Assembly (NCBI GenBank): GCA_031459875.1
Contig: JAVKHQ010000046.1
Coordinates: forward strand, 1 to 18,045
From: Candidatus Fervidifonticultor sextus
Lineage (GTDB): Bacteria > Sysuimicrobiota > Sysuimicrobiia > Sysuimicrobiales > Humicultoraceae
DNA: 18,045 nt
Direction: 5' to 3'
A program made the position numbers and the translations under genes. Numbering within the stretch: position 1 is the first letter of the stretch; every line of letters starts with the position of its first letter. Below the pieces are notes generated by a model. It saw only the letters and a program-made list of their open reading frames with translations. It did not search any database and was not told where the DNA came from. Below are positions 8,419 to 15,626 of the stretch, piece by piece.

Positions 8419-9054
8419 GTGCACATCAGGCGAGCCGAGGCGTCCGATAGCCTGTCGATTGCCGCCCTGCACATGCGCCAGATCCACTGGGGGTTGCTCT
8501 CGGCGCTCGGTGAGGAGTTCGTGACGGCGTTCTACCGCGCCCTGATCCGTTCGTCCGTGGGCTTCGGGTTCGTGGCGGAGCAGGACGGGCGCATGGCGGG
8601 GTTCGCCTCCGGCGTGGTCCGCTGGCGCCGCTTCTACCTGGAATTCCTGCGGCGACATCCGGGACTGGTGACCCGCACGCTGGTGGCGGCTGTGGGGGCG
8701 GCCCGGTGGCGACGTCTGTGGCAGACGACGCGGTATGCGGCCTCGGGCGCGCTGCCGCAGGCCGAACTGGTCTCCATCGCGCTGGAGCCGGCAGCGCGGG
8801 GCGCCGGGGTGGCCGATGCGCTGGTGCGGGCCGTGCTGGCGGAGTTCGCCTCCAGAGGTGTCGACGCGGTGCGCGTGACGGCTGGAGGGACCAACGACGC
8901 CGCCCGTCGGTTGTACGAGCGGGTTGGATTCACCCTGCACGCCCAGACCGAGATTCATCCGGGAGAGGCCGCCGCAATCTACGTCATGTCCATCGACCGG
9001 GGGCGTCTTGCCGCTGCAGGTCACGTGACAGTTGGAACCGACGGGCAGGAGTGA
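8419..9054 (+). CDS. GNAT family N-acyltransferase
   Basis: GTG start. IRRA...IAALH, ELVSIALEPAARGAGVADALV (acyl-CoA binding motif A) and NDAARRLYERVGF (motif B). Confidence 0.88.
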   Translation: MHIRRAEASDSLSIAALHMRQIHWGLLSALGEEFVTAFYRALIRSSVGFGFVAEQDGRMAGFASGVVRWRRFYLEFLRRHPGLVTRTLVAAVGAARWRRLWQTTRYAASGALPQAELVSIALEPAARGAGVADALVRAVLAEFASRGVDAVRVTAGGTNDAARRLYERVGFTLHAQTEIHPGEAAAIYVMSIDRGRLAAAGHVTVGTDGQE

Positions 9055-10304
9055 TGAGGCAATCGTCGAGAGCCCACGCGGCCAGCACGTCCTATGATGT
9101 CCCGGCCGTGGTGCTGGACGTCGGCTATGGTGGCCTCGGAGCGGCGCGGAGCCTGGGGCGCTTGGGGATCACCGTCTACGCGACGGCCGCCAGGCCGGAT
9201 GCGCCCGCCCTGGCGTCCCGGTACTGGGCCGGCGTCTATCTCTGGGACTTCTCGCGGGCATCGCCCCGTCATTCGGTGGACTTCCTGCTGGCCCTGGGCC
9301 AGGACCTGGGACGCCGCGCGGTGCTCTTCCCGACATCGGACGCCAGCGCGCTGCTGGTAGCCGACTACGCGGAGGTGCTGGAAGAACGGTTCCTGGTGTC
9401 CCTACCGCCTGCCGGACTCGTGCGGGCGCTGCTGGACAAGCGACAGCTCGACCGCCTGACGCGGGAACATGGGATCCCGACAGCGCACAGTCTCTTCCCC
9501 GCCTCGTGGGACGACATCGAGGCCTTCCTTGCGGCCGTGGGCCTGCCGGTGATCGCCAAAGGGATCGATCCGTGCGCGCCCGGCGGCACCAGGAAGGTGA
9601 TCTGCCGCAGCCCTGCCGAGGCGCGGGCGTTCTACCAGACCCTGTCATCCGGTGAACGGGCCAACCTCATGCTGCAGGAGTTCATTCCGGGGGCCGATGA
9701 GACGGCCTGGATGGTCGACGGCTACTTCGACGGCCGCGGCCGGTGCCTGGCGGTCTTCGCGGGGCGAAAGGTCCGGCAGTCTCCTGCGGATGTCGGCGTG
9801 GCGTCGCTCGGGGTCTGCCAGCGAAACGCGGAACTGGAGGCCATGACGGTTCGGTTCCTGCAGGGCGTGGGCTACCGGGGGCCCGTGGATGTGGACTACC
9901 GGTTCGACCCCCGCGACGGACGTTACAAACTGCTGGACGTCAACCCACGGCTGGGCGCGGCCTTCCGGCTCTTCGTGGACGAGGGCGGGCTGGACATCGC
10001 GCGCATCGCCTACCTGGATGCCGTCGGGCAGACGGTGGCGCCCGGCGCGATTCCGGAAGGACGCAGGTGGATGCTGGAGGAGGACTTCCTGGTCTGCGCT
10101 CGCCTGTGGTGGGCCGGCCGGCTCGGCTTCCGCGCGTGGGTCCGGTCGGTGCGGGGCGTCCGGGAGACCGGCTGGTTCGCCGCCGACGACCCCATGCCGC
10201 TGGCAGCGCGCCTCCAAAGGACGCTGGGACGTCGCCGCTTGACAGGGGTTCCGGCGCAGGGGTGGGACCTGGCGGACACTCTCCGCGGGTCCAAGGTCCG
10301 ATGA
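9054..10304 (+). CDS. ATP-grasp carboxylate-amine ligase (D-aspartate ligase-like family)
   Basis: Start reassigned to ATG 9054 (TGATG overlap with the GNAT stop; GTG 9051 is an alternative). Motifs: GLGAARSLGRLGI, VLFPTSD, LLDK, GIPTAHS, LPVIAK, MLQEFIPG, KVRQSP, and VDVDYRFDPRDGRYKLLDVNPRLG. Confidence 0.85.
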   Translation: MRQSSRAHAASTSYDVPAVVLDVGYGGLGAARSLGRLGITVYATAARPDAPALASRYWAGVYLWDFSRASPRHSVDFLLALGQDLGRRAVLFPTSDASALLVADYAEVLEERFLVSLPPAGLVRALLDKRQLDRLTREHGIPTAHSLFPASWDDIEAFLAAVGLPVIAKGIDPCAPGGTRKVICRSPAEARAFYQTLSSGERANLMLQEFIPGADETAWMVDGYFDGRGRCLAVFAGRKVRQSPADVGVASLGVCQRNAELEAMTVRFLQGVGYRGPVDVDYRFDPRDGRYKLLDVNPRLGAAFRLFVDEGGLDIARIAYLDAVGQTVAPGAIPEGRRWMLEEDFLVCARLWWAGRLGFRAWVRSVRGVRETGWFAADDPMPLAARLQRTLGRRRLTGVPAQGWDLADTLRGSKVR

Positions 10305-11011
10305 TGAACGGGTCTCGGCTCGCCACCTTCGGTGCGGCGCTGGTGCTGCTGGCCATCTCGCCGCTCTTCCTGATCCTGATGGTCGCCAACCGCCTCTTTT
10401 TCGGCCGGACCTTCTTCCGACAGGTGCGGGTGGGCCGGGGGCTTCGGCCGTTTGTGCTCTTCAAGTTCCAGACGATGGTGGATGGGGCGAAGACCGCTTC
10501 GACCGTTACCGTGCGAGGGGATCCGCGGATCACCCGGTACGGCAGGATCCTTCGGCTCTTGAAGATGGATGAACTGCCGCAACTGCTCAACATGGTGCGC
10601 GGCGAGATGGCCCTGGTCGGTCCGCGCCCCCTGACGCCCAACGAAATTGAGGCGATTCCCCGCCCGCTGGCGGAAGCCGTCTACCGGACCCTCCCGGGGC
10701 TCACCGGTATCAGCGCCCTGGCCTTCGTGGACGAGGAGGAGGTGCTCGCGGCCGCGACCGATCCGGAGCGTGCCTACTACGAGGACGTCCTGCCGCGCAA
10801 GATCGCGCTGGAGCTGGCCTACGTGCAGCGGAGGACGTGGTGGCGGGATCTGGCGGTCGTGGCCGGGACGCCGCTGGCCGCCCTCTTCCCCGGCTTCCGT
10901 CGCGCGCTGCTGGTCTGGCTGGTGCCGGAATGGGAGGCGTTGGAAGGGCCGCGGGGGGGCAGCCGTCGGCCGGTTTCGGGGAGAGCGCAGCCGGCCGGAG
11001 GAAGCCGGTGA
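10301..11011 (+). CDS. Small monotopic phosphoglycosyl transferase (bacterial sugar transferase, PglC/WcfS-like), initiating transferase
   Basis: ATGA overlap with the ATP-grasp stop (ATG 10301 or 10304). Single hydrophobic helix with SP, then FFRQVRVG, FKFQTM, DPRITRYG, MDELPQLLNMVRGEMALVGPRP and PGLTG. Confidence 0.92.
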   Translation: MMNGSRLATFGAALVLLAISPLFLILMVANRLFFGRTFFRQVRVGRGLRPFVLFKFQTMVDGAKTASTVTVRGDPRITRYGRILRLLKMDELPQLLNMVRGEMALVGPRPLTPNEIEAIPRPLAEAVYRTLPGLTGISALAFVDEEEVLAAATDPERAYYEDVLPRKIALELAYVQRRTWWRDLAVVAGTPLAALFPGFRRALLVWLVPEWEALEGPRGGSRRPVSGRAQPAGGSR

Positions 11012-11844
11012 GCCGTCTGCTGGTAGAAGCCGCCGCCGTCGTGGAGCGGGTGGCGCGCGATCCCGCCGTGGTGGCCGATGTGGTGCGCAAGGCGAAATCT
11101 CGTCTCTCCTCAGGCCGGCACCAGCGGCGGATCGGGGAGTACGCCAGCGCGGTCGAGGCCCCGGAAGTCGGGTTGGCCAGGCTCCTGGGCGTGGAGACGA
11201 AGATGGTCGCAGACGTCCTTGCCGCCGAGGGATTTCGCCGGATCATCGCAGACCTCGACCGCTACCAGCCTCCGGATCCCGCGCGTCGGATGGGCGGGCC
11301 GGGGTTCCTCGAAGCGTGCTACGCCATCGTGCGGCTGGCGCGGCCGGCTGTGGTGCTTGAGACCGGCGTGGCCCACGGCTACAGCACGGCGGTCATCCTG
11401 CAGGCGCTGGAGGATAACGGCGCGGGTCGGCTCTACAGCGTCGACCTTCCCCGGTTCCGTCCGGGTCTCGTTCCGTACACCGGCGCCGCGGTCCCCGAGC
11501 GGTTGCGCGACCGGTGGGAGTTGCACATCGGAAGCGACCGCCGCGTGCTCCCCGGCCTGCTGGAACGCATCGCCCCGGTGGACTATCTGTTCTACGATTC
11601 CGACACGGCCTACGAGAGCATGTTGCACACCTGGGGGCTGGTCTGGTCGTACCTGCGCCCCGGGGGAGTGCTGACCAGCAACGTGGTCCATGCCAACGAC
11701 GCCTACCTGGAATTCTGCGAGGCCCACGGACTGCCGCCGCTGGTCATCCCGCAGCCGAAGCGGCACGGCCCGTACCAGCGCCCGCGCCGACCGGGGGAAC
11801 GGATCTTCTACATGGGCTTGCTCCGCAAGCCATCAGACGGCTGA
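11008..11844 (+). CDS. Class I SAM-dependent methyltransferase (Methyltransf_24-like)
   Basis: GTGA overlap with the PGT stop and a GGAGG RBS at about 10997-11001. Motifs: PAVVLETGVAHGYST, GRLYSVDLP, WELHIGS, LRPGGVL. Confidence 0.85.
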   Translation: MSRLLVEAAAVVERVARDPAVVADVVRKAKSRLSSGRHQRRIGEYASAVEAPEVGLARLLGVETKMVADVLAAEGFRRIIADLDRYQPPDPARRMGGPGFLEACYAIVRLARPAVVLETGVAHGYSTAVILQALEDNGAGRLYSVDLPRFRPGLVPYTGAAVPERLRDRWELHIGSDRRVLPGLLERIAPVDYLFYDSDTAYESMLHTWGLVWSYLRPGGVLTSNVVHANDAYLEFCEAHGLPPLVIPQPKRHGPYQRPRRPGERIFYMGLLRKPSDG

Positions 11845-11858
11845 CGGCGTCGCGGTCA

Positions 11859-13049
11859 ATGGAGTCCCCGCCGATCCCGCTCTCTCGCCCCGACCTGTCG
11901 GAGGTCGAGGTGGAAGAGGTGTTGAGCGTCCTGCGCACCCCCTGGTTGAGCATGGGGCCCAAGGTCGTGGAGTTCGAGGAGCGCTTCGCCGCCTTTGTGG
12001 GAGTCCGGCATGCCATCGCGGTGGCCAACGGGACCTGCGGCCTGCACCTCGCCCTGCGCGCCGTCGGCGTCCGTCCAGGGGTGGAGGTGATCACCACCCC
12101 GTTCACGTTCATCGCCAGCGCCAACGTCATCCTCTTCGAGCAGGCGACCCCGATGTTCTGTGATGTGGACCCGCAGACCCTCAACCTGACCCCCGAGGCC
12201 GTCGAGGCGCTCATCAGGAGCAGGTACCGGCCTCAGGGCGACCGGTGGGTCAACCGTACCACAGGAGCACCGCTGCACGCCGTCCTGCCCGTTTCGGTCT
12301 TTGGACATCCCGTGGCGATGGACGGGTTCCGCGAGGTGGCCCGGACGTTCAACCTGCACCTCGTACATGATACCTGTGAGGCCCTCGGGTCCCAGTACTG
12401 GTCCGCGGCGCAAGGTACCTGGGTGAGCGAGGCGGCGCTGGCGGATGCCGCGGTGTTTGCCTTCTACCCCAACAAACAGATCACCACGGGCGAAGGCGGA
12501 ATGGTCGTGACCCAACACGAGGCGGTCGCCGACTACTGCCGGATGGCCCGAAATCAGGGCCGCCGTCCGCACGCCCGGTGGCTGGAACACGAGACCCTCG
12601 GGTTCAACTACCGCTTGGACGAACTGTCGGCGGCGCTGGGCGTGGCGCAGCTCCGCCGGGTCGGCGAACTGCTGGCGCGCCGCGAGCAGGTGGCCCGGTG
12701 GTACGATGCGGCGCTGGCCGATGTGGAGGAGGTCGAACGTCCCCAGGCGGCCCCGTGGGCGCGGGTGGCGTGGTTCGTGTACGTGGTCCGGCTGCGCCAT
12801 GGGATCGATCGCAATCGGGTCATGGCCGCACTGGAGCGCCGCGGGATCGCCGCGCGGCCGTACTTCCCGGCGGTCCACGTGGCGCCGCAATTTGCGGCGT
12901 TGGGCTATCGGGCCGGCGACTTCCCCGTCGCCGAAGATGTCTCGCAAAGGACGCTCGCCCTCCCGTTCTTCGGCGGGCTGACGCGGGAGCAGGTGCACGA
13001 GGTCGTCGACGGCCTCAAGGAGGCGGTGGTGGTCCATGCGCGCGGCTAG
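11859..13049 (+). CDS. DegT/DnrJ/EryC1/StrS family PLP-dependent nucleotide-sugar aminotransferase
   Basis: Start reassigned to ATG 11859. Motifs: IPLSRP, GPKVVEFE, NGTCGLHLAL, TPFTFIAS, HDTCEALG (PLP Asp), FYPNKQITTGEGG (Schiff-base Lys), GFNYRL, LALPFF. Confidence 0.94.
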   Translation: MESPPIPLSRPDLSEVEVEEVLSVLRTPWLSMGPKVVEFEERFAAFVGVRHAIAVANGTCGLHLALRAVGVRPGVEVITTPFTFIASANVILFEQATPMFCDVDPQTLNLTPEAVEALIRSRYRPQGDRWVNRTTGAPLHAVLPVSVFGHPVAMDGFREVARTFNLHLVHDTCEALGSQYWSAAQGTWVSEAALADAAVFAFYPNKQITTGEGGMVVTQHEAVADYCRMARNQGRRPHARWLEHETLGFNYRLDELSAALGVAQLRRVGELLARREQVARWYDAALADVEEVERPQAAPWARVAWFVYVVRLRHGIDRNRVMAALERRGIAARPYFPAVHVAPQFAALGYRAGDFPVAEDVSQRTLALPFFGGLTREQVHEVVDGLKEAVVVHARG

Positions 13050-14982
13050 GTTTCGGCCCACCGGAGCGGTTCGCGCGGCCGTGTTTCTTACCGGAGACCT
13101 GCTGATCTGGGTGGGGGCGCTGGCGGGTGCCTACCTCATCCGGTTTGACGGGGCGATTCCGGCCCGCTACCTGGCCGACGTGCCGCTGCTCCTGGCGGTG
13201 CTCATCCCGATCAAACTGGGATGGCACGTCGTCTACCGGTTGTACAGCCTCACCTGGCGGTCGGTAGGGTTGAACGACTTCATCAACATCGTGAAGGCGA
13301 ATACCCTGGCCCTTGCCACGATGACCGCCGTGGTCCTGGCCTTCCGTCACTACGAGGTGTTGGGGGCCTTCCCCCGCTCGGTGCTCGTGCTGGACTATGT
13401 GCTGACCACGTGCGCCGTGACCCTGTTTCGGGCCAGCCGGCGGGGCTGGCGACTCCAGCGCGAGGCGCTGCGCATGCGGCGGCACCGGCGCGGAGCCAGC
13501 CGGCTCCTGCTGGTGGGGGCGGGTGCGGCGGGAGCGCGGATCGCGCAGACCCTGGAGGAGAGCGGTGACGCCGGCTACCATCTGGTGGGATTTGTCGACG
13601 ACGACCCCGCCAAGCACGGCGCCTACATCCGCGGCCTGCGCGTGCACGGGGGACGCGAGGTCCTGCCGCGGATCGTCTCCGAACAGCAGGTGGACGAGGT
13701 GCTGGTGGCGATCCCCTCGGCGCCGCTGGCGACGCTGCGCGAGATCATCGACGACGTCCGGCGGGCCGGGGTGCGGCGGATCAAGGTCCTGCCCGGCATG
13801 CACGAGTGGCTGGCGGGCCGGGCCGCGATGAAGGACGTCCGGGAAGTCAGACCGCACGATCTGCTCGGGCGGCCTCCGGTGCCCATCCAGTATGATGCGC
13901 TGAAGACCTACTTCGCCGGCAAGCGTGTGCTGGTCACCGGCGCGGCCGGATCGGTGGGGTCGGAGCTCGTCCGCCAGCTTGTCCGGCTCGGCGTGGGCCG
14001 CGTGGTCGCCGTGGATCTCAACGAGTCCGGCCTGTTCGACCTGGAACAGGAGTTTCAGCGGGAGCGCGCAGAGGCGGCCCTGCAGACCGCCATTGCCGAC
14101 GTGCGGGACGGGCCCCGCGTGGAGTGGCTCATGCAGACCACGCGGCCCCATCTGATTTTCCACGCCGCCGCCTACAAGCACGTGCCCATGATGGAGCGCG
14201 AGGTCGAGGAGGCCGTCAAGACCAACATCTTCGGCACGTTGACCGTGGGGGAGGCGGCCCTGCGCAGCGGGGTCGAGACCTTTGTGTTCATCTCCACCGA
14301 CAAGGCGGTGAACCCCTCCAGCGTCATGGGGTACACCAAGCGCGCCGGCGAACTGGTCACAGAAGCCCTCGGCCGCCGCAGGCAGACCCGGTTTCTGGCG
14401 GTGCGGTTCGGTAACGTCCTGGGCAGCCGCGGGAGCGTCATCCCCATCCTCCAGGAGCAGATCCGGTGCGGTGGACCGGTGACCATTACTCATCCCGGGA
14501 TGTCCCGGTACTTCATGAGCCTCGCCGAGGCGGTGCTCCTGGTGCTCCAGACGCCCTTGATGACCTCGCGATCCAGCATCTTCATGCTGGACATGGGGGA
14601 ACCGGTCCGCATTGAGGACCTGGCCAGGGAGTTGATCCGGCTGTCCGGGCTGGAGCCGGACAAGGACATCCCGATCGTCTACACGGGCATTCGAGCCGGC
14701 GAGAAGATCGAAGAGGAACTGGTCATGCCCCACGAGCGGCTGACGCCCACAGCGTTCGAGCGCATTCTCGAGGTCCGGTCGAACGGCGCGGTGGACGAGG
14801 TGACCCTTCGGTTGATTCTCAGGGAGATGGAACACCTGGTGCGGGTCATGGATAGCGACGGCGTCCGAGCGCTGCTGGCCCGACTGACCAGGAACGGGCC
14901 GGAGCCCGGCGCTTCCGAAGACGGCGTCTTCGGCGGGCTACCGGCGGCCGGTGCGATCTCGCAGGTGGCCCCCCGGGCATGA
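13036..14982 (+). CDS. Membrane-anchored nucleoside-diphosphate sugar 4,6-dehydratase (CapD/PglF/WbpM family)
   Basis: About 4 N-terminal TM segments, an LLVGAGAAG/GFVDDDP domain, then an SDR domain with VTGAAGSVGSEL, FHAAAYKHVP, ISTDKAVNPSSVMGYTKR (MxxxK), VRFGNVLGSRGSV, RYFM and GIRAGEKIEEEL. Confidence 0.95.
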   Translation: MRAARFRPTGAVRAAVFLTGDLLIWVGALAGAYLIRFDGAIPARYLADVPLLLAVLIPIKLGWHVVYRLYSLTWRSVGLNDFINIVKANTLALATMTAVVLAFRHYEVLGAFPRSVLVLDYVLTTCAVTLFRASRRGWRLQREALRMRRHRRGASRLLLVGAGAAGARIAQTLEESGDAGYHLVGFVDDDPAKHGAYIRGLRVHGGREVLPRIVSEQQVDEVLVAIPSAPLATLREIIDDVRRAGVRRIKVLPGMHEWLAGRAAMKDVREVRPHDLLGRPPVPIQYDALKTYFAGKRVLVTGAAGSVGSELVRQLVRLGVGRVVAVDLNESGLFDLEQEFQRERAEAALQTAIADVRDGPRVEWLMQTTRPHLIFHAAAYKHVPMMEREVEEAVKTNIFGTLTVGEAALRSGVETFVFISTDKAVNPSSVMGYTKRAGELVTEALGRRRQTRFLAVRFGNVLGSRGSVIPILQEQIRCGGPVTITHPGMSRYFMSLAEAVLLVLQTPLMTSRSSIFMLDMGEPVRIEDLARELIRLSGLEPDKDIPIVYTGIRAGEKIEEELVMPHERLTPTAFERILEVRSNGAVDEVTLRLILREMEHLVRVMDSDGVRALLARLTRNGPEPGASEDGVFGGLPAAGAISQVAPRA

Positions 14983-15566
14983 ACCGTGCTTTCGGAATCA
15001 GCCTCCTGCTCATCCTCGCGGCGGCGTCTGTCGTCGTGATCACCATGCCCGCGGAGGTGTTGCAGGCGATCGGCGATTACCTGGTGGTGCGGGAGCCCCT
15101 CAGGCCGGCGGATGTCGTCATTGCCATCAGCGGCGATGGCACCGGGGAACGCGCCCGGGCTGCCGCACGGCTGGTGCTGAAAGGCTACGGGCGCGCGCTG
15201 ATCGTCAGCGGCCCCGGGAGCGCGGCCCGCCACATGGCGGAGGCGGCAGCAGACGAGGGCCTGGCCCGGGAGCGGATCCTCGTCGAGGACAAGGCGGACA
15301 GCACGATGGAGAACGCCCGCTTTACGGCCGACCTCATGGTGCGGGCCGGGCTGCGGCGCGCCATCGTGGTCACGTCGGCCTACCACGCGCGGCGGACCGC
15401 GTGGGCCTTCAGGGCGGAGTTCGCCCCGCGCCGTCTGGAGGCCAGGGTCTGGGGGATCGACAACAGCTACTTCACCATGGAGCGGTGGTGGACCAGGGAC
15501 GTCGAGCGGACCTTTGTGCTGCGGGAGTACGCCAAGCTGGCTGCCTTCCTGGTGGGCATTCGCTAA
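14979..15566 (+). CDS. YdcF/DUF218 family protein (ElyC/SanA-like) with N-terminal membrane anchor
   Basis: ATGA overlap with the dehydratase stop. Hydrophobic N-terminus, then ADVVIAISG, LIVSG, EDKADSTMENA, IVVTSAYHARR and REYAKL. Confidence 0.9.
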   Translation: MNRAFGISLLLILAAASVVVITMPAEVLQAIGDYLVVREPLRPADVVIAISGDGTGERARAAARLVLKGYGRALIVSGPGSAARHMAEAAADEGLARERILVEDKADSTMENARFTADLMVRAGLRRAIVVTSAYHARRTAWAFRAEFAPRRLEARVWGIDNSYFTMERWWTRDVERTFVLREYAKLAAFLVGIR

Positions 15567-15610
15567 CCAAGCCAAAAGACCGCCGGTGGTCCGGCGGTCT
15601 TCGGCCTTGG
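15567..15610. terminator. Intrinsic terminator-like hairpin between convergent genes, probably bidirectional
   Basis: Perfect 11-bp inverted repeat AAGACCGCCGG (15576-15586), loop TGGT, CCGGCGGTCTT (15591-15601), extendable by CCAAG/CTTGG (15567-15571/15606-15610). The U-tract is TTTT on the - strand and weak on the + strand. Confidence 0.75.
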
Positions 15611-15626
15611 CAAGATGCACTACGAT

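Noticed and set aside
8706..11858. Long N-terminal extensions of ORFs 8706, 9743, 10837 and 11514
   Set aside because: They are out-of-frame read-through of upstream genes in high-GC DNA. The true starts (9054, 10301, 11008, 11859) coincide with stop/start overlaps or short gaps.
13015..14835. 606-aa antisense ORF, and the similar 11856..13061 and 2328..3407 ORFs
   Set aside because: These are antisense shadows of well-supported genes, expected from GC-rich codon usage that depletes stop codons on the opposite strand.
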